Below the pieces are notes generated by a model. That model saw only the letters and a list, made by a program, of their open reading frames with translations. It was not told the origin of the DNA and searched no databases. A program made the translations under genes and the position numbers. From positions 2,752,001-2,816,000 of the forward strand of contig OZ244070.1 in the NCBI GenBank assembly GCA_965215605.1: a stretch of DNA of 64,000 nucleotides, written 5' to 3'. The DNA comes from an uncultured Candidatus Binatia bacterium (GTDB taxonomy: Bacteria > Desulfobacterota > Binatia > UBA9968 > JAJDTQ01). Shown here piece after piece: positions 20,557 to 30,062 of this stretch (its first letter is position 1; every line of letters begins with the position of its first letter).

Positions 20557-22782
20557 ATGGAACCGACAGCGGTTGATCCCATTCGTTACGAGATGTACTT
20601 CCACCGGCTCTGGGCCATCGGGGAAGAAGGCCGCATGACGCTGCAGCGCGTCACCGCCTCTCCCATCGTCGCCCAGGGCGGCGAGTGCATGAGCTCGTTC
20701 TACGACGCCCAAGGCGTCATGGTGCTGGCGTGCTCCGGCCACCTGCGGTTCGCGGCGGCCACCTCCCAGGCCATCAAGAACATGATGGAGTACTTCCAGG
20801 AGTCGCCCGGCTTCTACGACGGCGACCAGTTCTTCTTCAACGACCCCTATGTGGCCGGCTCCCACACCTACGACATGATGGTCATCAAGCCCATCTTCCA
20901 CGACGGCGAGCTGATCGCGTGGACCGCCACCAGCACCCACACCGCCGACACCGGCGGCGTGCTGCGAGGCGGCGCGCTGGAGGTCTTCCACGAGGGCATC
21001 TGCATCAGCGGCCTGAAGATCGTGGAGAAGGGCGAGTTCCGCGAGGATGTGTTCCGCACCCTCACCGGCATGTGCCGGGACCCGCAGTACGTGGGGCTGG
21101 ACATGAAGGCCATGATCGCCGGCAACAACGTCTGCGCCGACCGCTACCTCGGGCTGGTGGACAAGTTCGGCCCGGAATTCGTCGAGGCCGCCGGCCGGCG
21201 CATGATCGAGGACTCGGAGGCCAAGGCTCGGGCCAAGCTGCGCTCGCTTCCCGACGGCACCTGGGTGTCACGCGAGTACGTCACCACCCTGGATCGCAAG
21301 TCGCGCAAGGCCGTGGCCCAGCAGCTCTACTGCACCATGACCAAGAAGGGCGACGAGCTGGAGTTCGATCTCGAAGGCACCAGCCCGCAGACGGACACCG
21401 ACCACAACTCCACCTTTCCCAGCACCGCGGCGCACATCACCCTGGCGCTCACCAACGCACTCTTCTGGGACGTGCCCTGGAGCGACGGCAAGATGCGGCC
21501 GGTGACCCTCAAGGTGCCGGAGGGCTCCATCCTGAACTGCACCTTTCCGGCGGCCTGCGGCGCGGCGCCGCGGGTGGGCAACGTGCTGGTCTCCACCATC
21601 TGCGAATGCGTCTCCAAGATGCTCTACGCCGCCGGCCGGGCGGACGACGTCAACGCCTCCACCACCGGCAACCTCGCCTACGCCGGCGGGCCCGGCTACT
21701 TCTACGGCGGCCATACCCGGGACGGCATCCGGGTGGCCCAGGGACTATACGACATCCACGGCGCCGGCATGGGCAGCGCGCCGCTTCGGGACGGCGTCAA
21801 CACCGGCGGCCACATGAATATCCCCTCCGCCGGCATCAGTGACATCGAACGCATCGAGATGCAGTACCCGTTCCTCTACTTCACCCGGGGACACAATCCC
21901 GACGGCAGCGGCTTCGGGAAGTACCGCGGCGGTCTCGGCAGCTACCGCGTCTACTGGATCTACGGCTCCCAGGACTGCAGCGTGGACTACAAGCCCTACG
22001 GCGGCGTGGCCCAGGGCGGTTACGGCCTGTTCGGCGGCTATCCCACCGGCAAGAGCGTGCTGCGCTACATGGTGGACGCGGGCATGGAGTTGCTCGACCG
22101 GGTCAAGGACGGCGAGTACCCGGACGGCGCCGGCATGCGGGACGGCACCTGGGGCAAGGTGGTCCATCCCGACGGGGTTCCGGAGCGTGTGATGTTGCCG
22201 GAAGGCAGCCTCCTGATCGACTACGTGGCCGGCGGCGGCGGCTTCGGCGACCCGCTGGAACGTGATCCGACTCTGGTGCTGCGGGATTTCGGCCGCGGCT
22301 GGCTCACTCCCAAGATCGGCGAAGAGGTGTACGGCGTGGTGCTGGCCAAGGACGGCGGGTCCGTGGACGCGGCGGCCACGCAGAGCCTGCGGGAGCGCAT
22401 CCGGGCCGAGCGCCAGCAGTTCGGGGCTCCGCCGTCCGGGAAGACCTCGGCGCTGGATTCCGGTCAGGCGGCGGAGTATGACTCGGTGCTGCGCTTCCAC
22501 GCCAGCCTGGAGATTGCCCGGCGGAACGGGCAGCACGCCATCCGCTGCGTCCACTGCGGGCATCTTTACTGCGGCCCCGAGGAGAACTACAAGAACTACG
22601 CGCTGCGGCGCATCTTGGACCTGAACGACTACATGGAGGACGCCCTGCCTTCCGGCGAGCCCTACATCGGCGAGTACCACGAGTACAGTTGTCCGGGCTG
22701 CCGGGTGCAGTTGCAGGTGGATCTGTTCTGCCCCGCCATGGGCGGCGATCCGATCCTGTGGGATACGCGTATCGACGTATGA
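20557..22782 (+). CDS. Hydantoinase B / acetone carboxylase alpha-like subunit fused to a C-terminal acetone carboxylase gamma-like zinc domain
   Basis: NDPY..GSHTYD, HTAD, GKYRGG, GGGGFGDP; C-terminal RCVHCGH...NYK...EYSCPGC...LQVD. Confidence 0.88.
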   Translation: MEPTAVDPIRYEMYFHRLWAIGEEGRMTLQRVTASPIVAQGGECMSSFYDAQGVMVLACSGHLRFAAATSQAIKNMMEYFQESPGFYDGDQFFFNDPYVAGSHTYDMMVIKPIFHDGELIAWTATSTHTADTGGVLRGGALEVFHEGICISGLKIVEKGEFREDVFRTLTGMCRDPQYVGLDMKAMIAGNNVCADRYLGLVDKFGPEFVEAAGRRMIEDSEAKARAKLRSLPDGTWVSREYVTTLDRKSRKAVAQQLYCTMTKKGDELEFDLEGTSPQTDTDHNSTFPSTAAHITLALTNALFWDVPWSDGKMRPVTLKVPEGSILNCTFPAACGAAPRVGNVLVSTICECVSKMLYAAGRADDVNASTTGNLAYAGGPGYFYGGHTRDGIRVAQGLYDIHGAGMGSAPLRDGVNTGGHMNIPSAGISDIERIEMQYPFLYFTRGHNPDGSGFGKYRGGLGSYRVYWIYGSQDCSVDYKPYGGVAQGGYGLFGGYPTGKSVLRYMVDAGMELLDRVKDGEYPDGAGMRDGTWGKVVHPDGVPERVMLPEGSLLIDYVAGGGGFGDPLERDPTLVLRDFGRGWLTPKIGEEVYGVVLAKDGGSVDAAATQSLRERIRAERQQFGAPPSGKTSALDSGQAAEYDSVLRFHASLEIARRNGQHAIRCVHCGHLYCGPEENYKNYALRRILDLNDYMEDALPSGEPYIGEYHEYSCPGCRVQLQVDLFCPAMGGDPILWDTRIDV

Positions 22783-22824
22783 CGCCGGACGTTCGGCATT
22801 TCACCCGACAGTTCGGGGGGATTC

Positions 22825-22851
22825 GTAGGGGCGGGTTTCAAACCCGCCCGT
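22825..22851. repeat. GTAG-type REP
   Basis: GTAGGGGCGGGTTTCAAACCCGCCC; degenerate copies at 50184, 46252 and 17246. Confidence 0.75.
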
Positions 22852-22885
22852 GCCCGGCCTGGCGCCGGAACACAGGGAGACTTCG

Positions 22886-23656
22886 ATGAGCGACGACAAC
22901 AAGATCGTAACCGGATTGGGCAAGGCCGAGTTGCATCGCGTCCTGGTCCGCAACATCGACCTTACCAAGGATATCCTGGGCAAGCTCAGCTTCGGCCAGA
23001 TGACCTTTCTGATGCTGGTGGGGCGGGTCCCCTCCGAGAACGAAGGGCGGATGACCGACGCTTTGCTCAACGTCCTGGTGGAGCACGGCATGGTGGGCAA
23101 CATCGTCGCGGCCCGCTTGACGGTGTCCACCGCGCCGGAGGCGATCCAGGGAGCCGTGGCCGCGGCGCTGCTGGGAGCCGGCAGCGTGCATCTGGGCTCG
23201 TCGGAGTATTGCGCCAAGATGCTGCAGGATGCGCTGCCGCTGGACAGCGGCGATGCCGATCTGGCGGCGGCGGCCGAGGGCGTGGTGGAAGACCACTCCA
23301 ACCGCAAGCAGCGGGTCGCCGGCATCGGCCATGCCACCCACTCCGAGGGCGACCCCCGCGCCGACCGGCTGTACGAGATCGCCGCCGAGACCGGCGTGCG
23401 CGGGCGCTACTGCGAGTTCCTGGAAGAAATCAAGAAGGCAGCGGAGGCGCGCCACAACCGGGGCCTGCCCATCAACGTCACCGGCGCCATCGCCGCCATC
23501 GCCTCGGACATGGGGCTCCAGTGGCAGATGGCCAAGGCCTTCGCCCTCATCGGCCGCACCCTGGGAGCCATGGCCCACATCGGCGAGGAGCTCCGCAACC
23601 CCATGCACCGGCGCATCAGCAACCTGGTGCGTTCCAACCTGTCCTACGAGCCGTAG
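22886..23656 (+). CDS. Citryl-CoA lyase-like protein (citrate synthase fold)
   Basis: EHG, GSVHLG, GIGH...DPR, PINVTGA; about 256 aa. Confidence 0.85.
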   Translation: MSDDNKIVTGLGKAELHRVLVRNIDLTKDILGKLSFGQMTFLMLVGRVPSENEGRMTDALLNVLVEHGMVGNIVAARLTVSTAPEAIQGAVAAALLGAGSVHLGSSEYCAKMLQDALPLDSGDADLAAAAEGVVEDHSNRKQRVAGIGHATHSEGDPRADRLYEIAAETGVRGRYCEFLEEIKKAAEARHNRGLPINVTGAIAAIASDMGLQWQMAKAFALIGRTLGAMAHIGEELRNPMHRRISNLVRSNLSYEP

Positions 23657-23739
23657 GGCAACGTGTCGTCCGGGCGGTGCCGTTCCACCGCCTGACCCGG
23701 CGTTACAGCCTGCGGGTGCGGACCGGCCGTGCTCCGCCT

Positions 23740-23760
23740 CTGGCCCCGGGTCAAGCCCGG
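23740..23760. repeat. REP-like palindrome
   Basis: CTGGCCCCGGGTCAAGCCCGG between converging genes, same family as 9588. Confidence 0.65.
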
Positions 23761-26187
23761 CTACTCCAGCGCCCCGTCCTCCCTGAGCTGCCGGATGCGG
23801 GCGTCGTCGTAGCCGAGCACGTCCCGCAGGGTCCGGTCGGTGTCCCGGCCGAGGTCGGGGAAGATCCAGTCCTGGGCCATGTCGCTCCGGGTGAAGCGGA
23901 TGGGAAGGCAGGGCAGGGTGAGACGCCCGAAGCGCGGGTTGTCGTGGGTCCCGAGAAAGTCGCGGGCCTGGAGGTGTGGGTCGTTCGTCACCAGGTCGGC
24001 GCCGTTCTGCACCGCCCCGCAGGGGATCCCTTCCCCCTGCAACAGCCGCATGACCTCGTGGCAGTCGCGCGTGCGGGTCCAGTCCTCGATGACGGCGTCC
24101 AACTCGGCGCGGTTCCGGACCCGGTTCTCCACGCTTCCGAACCGCGGTTCGCCGGGCAGTTCCGGCCGTCCGATGGCCGCGGCCAGCCTGTCCCACTGCG
24201 CGTCGTCCTCGGTAGCGATGACGCACCAGCGGTCATCGCCCTTGCAGGCGTAGATGCCGTAGGGGGCGTGGTAGGGGGACCCGTTGCCCACCGCTATGGG
24301 TTCGGTGTCGGTGTTGGCGGCCTGGATCATGGCGGTGCCGATGAGGAACGCGGCCGCCTCCGCCTGGGCCAGATCCATGGCCATTCCCCGGCCGGTGCGC
24401 CGGCGGTAGAGCGTCACCGCAACGGACAGGATCGCCGCCACCACCCCGGAGACGTAGTCCGGCAGCACGGTGCCGGACCCCACGGGAGGATTCACCTCCG
24501 CGGACTCGTTCCACAGCCAGGTGAAGCCGGTGAAGCCGGTGATGATCGTCCCCAGGGTCAGGGAGTCCTTCTTGGGGCCGGTGGCGCCGAGCCCCGGCAT
24601 TCGCAGGGTCACGATGTCGGGCTTTTGCTCCACCAGGTGCTCGTAGTCGAGCCCCAGGCCCGGCATCACCCGCGCCGCGAAGTTGTCCAGGACCAGGTCG
24701 CAGTGTTGGGCCAGTTCCCGGATCAGGGCGGGTCCTTCGGGATGCTTGAGGTTCACGGTGACGGAGCGTTTGTTCCGGTTGAACTCCAGAAAACGCGCCG
24801 ACGCGTTGGGGTCGTCCCCGGTGCCGAAGAAGCGGAAGGGATCGAGCCCGCCCTTGGCGGATTCCACCTTGAGCACCTCCGCGCCCAGGTCCGCCAGCAG
24901 CATCATGCCGAAGGGGCCTGCCAGCACGTGGTCGAAGCTCAGCACCCGCATGCCCTGTAGCGGCAGGCCCTGACTGTTTGGGTCCACCTCCCCGGAGGCG
25001 CCGGCCGCGGACGCATCGGCATCTCCGGCACGCCTTGCCCCGGACCAGACGTCCCGCGCATCCTGGGCGATAGGCCGTGGAGGCTCCACCTTGGGCCGCG
25101 ACCCACTGAACAGGCAGGGAAGGGCCGGCTGGGTCAGCGAGGTCCCGTCCGGGTAGGGCACCTCCTGGACGAAGCGCCGTCCTTCCACGTGCGGGTCCCG
25201 GAGAAAGCCCAGCGGCGGGTTCACCGGCAGGCACGGGATGCGGTTGGACTGGAGACGGTGGGTCAGCTCGTCCATGGAGTACTGGCGGGTGAACTCGCTC
25301 ACCGCGGGGTTGATGACGTCGGCGCGGGATCGCCGGAAAAGGTTGTTGAGGTATTCGGGCGCGTCGAATTCCTCGGGGTGGCCGGGCCAGATGTCGAGGA
25401 ATCTCTGCCAGTGCTGCCGGCTGACATACATGTAGGCGTAGCCGTCCCGGCACGGAAATATCCTGGCCGGCGCCACGTGCTGGTGCTGGCTCCCGGCCCG
25501 GGTGTGGACCTCCTGCTCGTTGGCGTAGAGCCGGACCATATGTTCCTGGGTGGCCAGCGCCTCCTGCATGGACACGTCGATCCAGTCGCCGGCGCCTGTG
25601 CGCTCCCGGCGATGGAGCGCCGACACGATGCCCAGGGCGGCCATGAGGCTGCCGAAGTAGTAGGCTTGGGTCTCGGGGGGCACGCACGGGGGCTTGTCCG
25701 GATCGCCGGAGATGGACATGAGCCCGCACATGGCGAACACCACGAGGTCGTTGCAGGCGAAGCCGCTGTGGGGCCCCCACTGGCCGAAACCGGTGATGGA
25801 CGCCATGATCAGCGCGGGATTGATCTCCCTGAGCCGGTCGTAGTCAAGCTCGAGCCCGGCCAGCCATCCCGGGGCGCCGCTTTCGATGAGGATGTCGGCC
25901 TCGCCCGCCAGCGCCCGCAGCCGGTCGCGCCCCTCGGGCGTTTGCAGGTCCAGCTCCAGGATGCGCTTGTTGGCGTTCAGGTGGGCAAACGCAAGGCTGG
26001 TCTCGCCCACGAAAGGGGGCAGCCGCCGCACCGGGTCGCCGCCGGGCGGCTCGATCTTGAGCACCTCCACCCCGAGGTCGGCGAGGAAGCGCCCGCATAT
26101 CTGGCCCTTGCGGTCCGTGAGGTCCAGCGCCCGGTAGCCCTCCAGCAGCCGGGGGGCGCCGCCGTTTCCTGGTTCGTCCTTGGCCAT
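23761..26187 (-). CDS. Family III CoA-transferase, two fused CaiB/BaiF domains
   Basis: Two LADLGxEVLKxE and NxNKR repeats; putative catalytic Asp region LPDY in the second domain. Confidence 0.92.
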   Translation of the reverse strand: MAKDEPGNGGAPRLLEGYRALDLTDRKGQICGRFLADLGVEVLKIEPPGGDPVRRLPPFVGETSLAFAHLNANKRILELDLQTPEGRDRLRALAGEADILIESGAPGWLAGLELDYDRLREINPALIMASITGFGQWGPHSGFACNDLVVFAMCGLMSISGDPDKPPCVPPETQAYYFGSLMAALGIVSALHRRERTGAGDWIDVSMQEALATQEHMVRLYANEQEVHTRAGSQHQHVAPARIFPCRDGYAYMYVSRQHWQRFLDIWPGHPEEFDAPEYLNNLFRRSRADVINPAVSEFTRQYSMDELTHRLQSNRIPCLPVNPPLGFLRDPHVEGRRFVQEVPYPDGTSLTQPALPCLFSGSRPKVEPPRPIAQDARDVWSGARRAGDADASAAGASGEVDPNSQGLPLQGMRVLSFDHVLAGPFGMMLLADLGAEVLKVESAKGGLDPFRFFGTGDDPNASARFLEFNRNKRSVTVNLKHPEGPALIRELAQHCDLVLDNFAARVMPGLGLDYEHLVEQKPDIVTLRMPGLGATGPKKDSLTLGTIITGFTGFTWLWNESAEVNPPVGSGTVLPDYVSGVVAAILSVAVTLYRRRTGRGMAMDLAQAEAAAFLIGTAMIQAANTDTEPIAVGNGSPYHAPYGIYACKGDDRWCVIATEDDAQWDRLAAAIGRPELPGEPRFGSVENRVRNRAELDAVIEDWTRTRDCHEVMRLLQGEGIPCGAVQNGADLVTNDPHLQARDFLGTHDNPRFGRLTLPCLPIRFTRSDMAQDWIFPDLGRDTDRTLRDVLGYDDARIRQLREDGALE

Positions 26188-26201
26188 GTCCGCTTCCGCC
26201 G

Positions 26202-27020
26202 CTACGACTTCTTCGCGTCGGGCTTCTCGTAGGCCACGCTGCCGCCGCCTTTCTGCGACTGCAGATAGCCCTCCACGTCGTTCAGCGGATTGGTGTACAC
26301 GCGCATGCGGTGGGAGATGATCTCGTCCACCAGGAGCCCGCGGCTGTTGTCCAGGTCCATGGCCGTGTAGGCGGCGATCTTGGCGTGTTCCAGGGTCGCC
26401 GGGTGGCGCGTGGCGATGGTGGCGGCGAATTCCCGCACGAACGGGATCAGCTCCTTCTCCGGCACCGTCTTGGACACCAGTCCCAGGCGCTCGGCCTCGG
26501 CGCCGTCCAGGTTCTCGCCGGTGAGCTGGATGTAGAAGGCCTTCTTGAAGGGGATGCCGCTGCGGAAGAGCGTCGGGGTGGCGGTGGCGCCGTAGCTTCC
26601 GCGGATGATCTCCGGCATGCCGAACTGTGCCGTGTCCGCGGAGATGGCCAGATCATGGCCGTTCACCAGCACCAGTCCGCCGCCCAGCGCCCAGCCGTTG
26701 ACCGCGGCCACGGTGACCTGGGGGGCCTGGCGCAGCAGCGTGACGATCTCCCGGGCCGAGCCGCCTTCGTAGAGCCGGCGCTTGCCCTGCCACGAGGCCC
26801 GCAGGTCGTACAGGTCCAGGCCCGAGCTGTAGGCGTTGCCGGACCCGGTGGTGACGATGCAGCGGATATGGTCGTTCACCGACAGGGTCTTGAGGCTGTC
26901 GGCCAACTCGGCCAGCAGCTTGCGGCTCAGCGCGTTCTTTCGCTCCGGCCGGTTGAGGGTGATCCAGGCGACGCCGGTTTCCTCGTCTATCTCCTCGATG
27001 ATGGTTTCCCTTTCAGCCAC
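26202..27020 (-). CDS. Enoyl-CoA hydratase/isomerase (crotonase) family, hydratase-lyase-like
   Basis: LNRPERKNAL, SSGLDL, VNGWALGGG, FGMPEI. Confidence 0.9.
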   Translation of the reverse strand: MAERETIIEEIDEETGVAWITLNRPERKNALSRKLLAELADSLKTLSVNDHIRCIVTTGSGNAYSSGLDLYDLRASWQGKRRLYEGGSAREIVTLLRQAPQVTVAAVNGWALGGGLVLVNGHDLAISADTAQFGMPEIIRGSYGATATPTLFRSGIPFKKAFYIQLTGENLDGAEAERLGLVSKTVPEKELIPFVREFAATIATRHPATLEHAKIAAYTAMDLDNSRGLLVDEIISHRMRVYTNPLNDVEGYLQSQKGGGSVAYEKPDAKKS

Positions 27021-27038
27021 GGGTTTCCTCCAATCTGG

Positions 27039-28064
27039 TCAACGGGCGCCGAACCGTTCGCGCCAGGAATCCACACACGTCGGGTTCACCACCGTCTCCG
27101 GCACCTGGCCCGACAGCACAGTGAGGATGCTGTCCGCCGCCATGCGCTCGCCGGAGACCTGGGACTGCGGGTTGGTGCCGATGATGTGCGGGGTCATGAT
27201 CAACCGCTCGGGGTCCACCTGCCGGATGGGGTCCGACATGGGCAGCGGCTCCTCCTCGAACACGTCCACGGCCGCGCCGGCGATGACGCCCTCGTTCAAC
27301 GCCCGCGCCAGGTCCTCCTGTTTCACCACGCCGCCGCGGCACGTGTTCACCAGGTAGGCGGTGGGCTTCATCGTCTTGAGCTCGGCCATGGTGATGAGCC
27401 CGCGCGTCTCTTCCGTGAGCGGCGTGTGCAGGGTCACGAGGTCGGACTCCCGGAGCACCGTGTCCAGCGACACCAGCTCCACCCCCAGGTGCTGCACCGA
27501 CTCCTGGCTGACGTAGGGGTCGCAGCCGATGAGCCGCATTTCCCAGGGCCCCAGGCGCTTGGCGACCTCCTTGCCAACCCGTCCGACGCCGACCATGCCG
27601 ACGGTTCGGCCCACCATCAGGTTGCCCCGGTGCTCGTTGCGCTTCCAGCCGCCCTCGCGCAGGAGCTGCTGATTGTGCACCAGCCGCTTGAACAGCATGG
27701 ACATGAGCCCGACGGTGGCCTCGGCCACCCCCGTGAAGTTCTCCCGCGCCGGGCTGTTGCACACCAGGATGCCCAGCTCGGTGGCGCCGTCCACGTCGAT
27801 GGTCTCGTAGCCGATGGCCGCCTTGATCACCGCCCGCAGCTTCGGGCAGCGGGCCAGCACCGCGCCGCTGATGAAATCCCGCTGGGCCGCCCAGACGGCG
27901 TCGCTGTCGCCGATCAGTTGCACCAGCTCGTCTTCCGTGTAGCGGTGCTTGGGAAACTCGTCCTGGTCCTTTCCCAGCACGAGCTCGCACCCCGCCTCCT
28001 CCAGCACGTCCCGCCCCGCCGACAGCTTGTGCGGCGCCGGGATACAGACCTTGTTGCCTTGCAT
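27039..28064 (-). CDS. D-isomer-specific 2-hydroxyacid dehydrogenase
   Basis: GVGRVG, LVNTCRG, DVFEEEP, TPHI. Confidence 0.92.
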   Translation of the reverse strand: MQGNKVCIPAPHKLSAGRDVLEEAGCELVLGKDQDEFPKHRYTEDELVQLIGDSDAVWAAQRDFISGAVLARCPKLRAVIKAAIGYETIDVDGATELGILVCNSPARENFTGVAEATVGLMSMLFKRLVHNQQLLREGGWKRNEHRGNLMVGRTVGMVGVGRVGKEVAKRLGPWEMRLIGCDPYVSQESVQHLGVELVSLDTVLRESDLVTLHTPLTEETRGLITMAELKTMKPTAYLVNTCRGGVVKQEDLARALNEGVIAGAAVDVFEEEPLPMSDPIRQVDPERLIMTPHIIGTNPQSQVSGERMAADSILTVLSGQVPETVVNPTCVDSWRERFGAR

Positions 28065-28242
28065 GGTGACTCCGAGCGTTGAGGCCGGCTCCTTGAGCCG
28101 ACCGGTCTAGAGGCGATAGAGATGCCGAACAGGTTTCTCTTGCGCGTGCCCGCCGGCATCGACTACGGTTGGTCTTCTCAATGAGGGCTCCCTCCAGGCG
28201 GTGTCCGGCCGGATTGCGAAATGACCCGCGGGTTCACGAACG

Positions 28243-28272
28243 AATCTATGAGACGCCGCACGGGGGTGTCAA
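28243..28272 (-). promoter_or_regulatory. sigma70-like promoter for the minus-strand dehydrogenase/crotonase/CoA-transferase operon
   Basis: Minus strand TTGACA (28272-28267), 18 nt, TAGATT (28248-28243). Confidence 0.45.
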
Positions 28273-28338
28273 GACTGGTCCGGTTCCGGGAGCCGCGCCC
28301 CGGGAAGAACGCTTTCACGCCAACCCACAGGAGTTCGC

Positions 28339-29511
28339 ATGAAGATCACCGACATCACGATCCTGCGGCTACGCGCGCCCATGGGCGCCATGGGCCGGGT
28401 GGAGAGCCGCACAGGGGTGCGGACCCACCGGTATGGATTCCTCGTGGAGGTCCATACCGATGAGGGAGTGACCGGCGTGGGGTCGTGCTCCGGCAACGGC
28501 CTGGTGCTGGAAACCATCGTCACCCACGTGCTCAAACCGCTACTCGTCGGCATGGACCCCTTGGCCATCGAGGAGGTCTGGGACACGGCCTATTTCCGCG
28601 CCGGCGTTCGCGCCTTCGGCTCCAGGGGGGTCGGTGTGGTGGCTCTCAGCGGCGTGGACATCGCCTTGTGGGACATCGCCGGCAAGGTGAAGGGCGTGCC
28701 GGTGTACGAGCTACTGGGCGGCAAACGCCGGGACCCGGTGGAGGTCTATGCCACCGCGCTCTATCCCGAGGAGACCGGCGCCGCGGTGGAGAAGGCCGAG
28801 AAGCTGGCGGAACGCGGCTTCCACGGCATCAAGATCAAGGTGGGCTTCGACTTGGCCCAGGACGTCGGGATCGTCAGCGCCGTGCGGTCGGCCCTGGGAC
28901 CCGATTTCCCGCTCATGACAGACGCCAACCAGGGCTACGGGCTGGACGTGGCCTTGGCCGCCGCCGCGGCGTTCGAGAAGCTCGGCATCGGCTGGCTGGA
29001 GGAGCCCCTGTTCATGGAGGACGTGGCCGGCCACGCGCAGCTCAAGGCCCGTTCCGGCGTCCCCGTGGCCCTGGGCGAGAACCTCCATACCCGCTTCGCC
29101 TTCGAGTCGTTCATGGCCCGCGACGCCGTCGACGTGCTCCAGCCCGACGTCGCCCGGGCCGGCGGCATCAGCGAGGTGCGCACCATCGCCGCCCTGGCCG
29201 CCCAACAGGGCCTCCCGGTCTCGCTCCACACCTACGGCGACGGCATCGCCCTGGCCGCCAGCCTGCATCTGGCCGCCGCGCTGGACAACAGCGCCGTCAT
29301 GGAGTTCGACTACAACGAGAACCCGCTCCGCAGCGGCCTGCTCCTGGAGCCCCTGGAGCCCAAGAACGGCGTCATGCGCCCGCCCGACGCCCCCGGCCTC
29401 GGCGTCACCCTGGACCCCGAAGCGCTCCAGCGCTACCACTTCGAGGGCGGTGGAGACCTTGCGCTCTGGCGGCGGACGTTGCGCGATGTGGCGGAGTCTC
29501 CCCGTGATTGA
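28339..29511 (+). CDS. Mandelate racemase/muconate lactonizing enzyme family
   Basis: DIALWD, KIKVG, DAN, WLEEP, GEN, QPD. Confidence 0.92.
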   Translation: MKITDITILRLRAPMGAMGRVESRTGVRTHRYGFLVEVHTDEGVTGVGSCSGNGLVLETIVTHVLKPLLVGMDPLAIEEVWDTAYFRAGVRAFGSRGVGVVALSGVDIALWDIAGKVKGVPVYELLGGKRRDPVEVYATALYPEETGAAVEKAEKLAERGFHGIKIKVGFDLAQDVGIVSAVRSALGPDFPLMTDANQGYGLDVALAAAAAFEKLGIGWLEEPLFMEDVAGHAQLKARSGVPVALGENLHTRFAFESFMARDAVDVLQPDVARAGGISEVRTIAALAAQQGLPVSLHTYGDGIALAASLHLAAALDNSAVMEFDYNENPLRSGLLLEPLEPKNGVMRPPDAPGLGVTLDPEALQRYHFEGGGDLALWRRTLRDVAESPRD

Positions 29512-30007
29512 CGCCGCCTACTGGATTGACCATCTCAGCCTCGAACCCCATCCCGAAGGCGGCCACTTCAAGGAGATCTATCGGTCCCCGGTCGCGGTGC
29601 CGGACGGGGTGCTGCCGGGCTACGACGGTCCCCGCGACCTCGGCACCTCCATCTATTTCCTGTTACGGGACGAAGAGTTCTCCGCCCTCCACCGCATCAA
29701 GCAGGACGAACTGTGGCACTTTTACGCTGGCTCGAGTCTGACCGTGCACATCATCGACGCCGCCGGCGATTACGCGCCTATCAGCATGGGCCCGGATCCG
29801 GAGGCGGGCCAGTGCCTGCAAGCGCTGGTGCCCGGCGGCTGGCTGTTCGGCGCCTCCCTGGACGGCGGCGAGGGCTACACCCTCGTGGGTTGCACCTGCG
29901 TCCCCGGCTTCGACTTCGCCGATTTCGAGATGCCCCCGAGGGAAGAGTTGCTCGGGCGCTACCCGCAGCACCGCGAGCTCATCCACCGACTCACGCGCGC
30001 TTCGTGA
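29504..30007 (+). CDS. Cupin domain protein (DUF985/Cupin_5 type)
   Basis: LEPHPEGG, TSIYFLL, DELWHFY, PGFDF. Confidence 0.88.
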   Translation: MIDAAYWIDHLSLEPHPEGGHFKEIYRSPVAVPDGVLPGYDGPRDLGTSIYFLLRDEEFSALHRIKQDELWHFYAGSSLTVHIIDAAGDYAPISMGPDPEAGQCLQALVPGGWLFGASLDGGEGYTLVGCTCVPGFDFADFEMPPREELLGRYPQHRELIHRLTRAS

Positions 30008-30062
30008 TTTGTTGCCGAAGCGTTAGACTTGGAGAGAATCAAGTTACGGGGGAGAGCGACTC

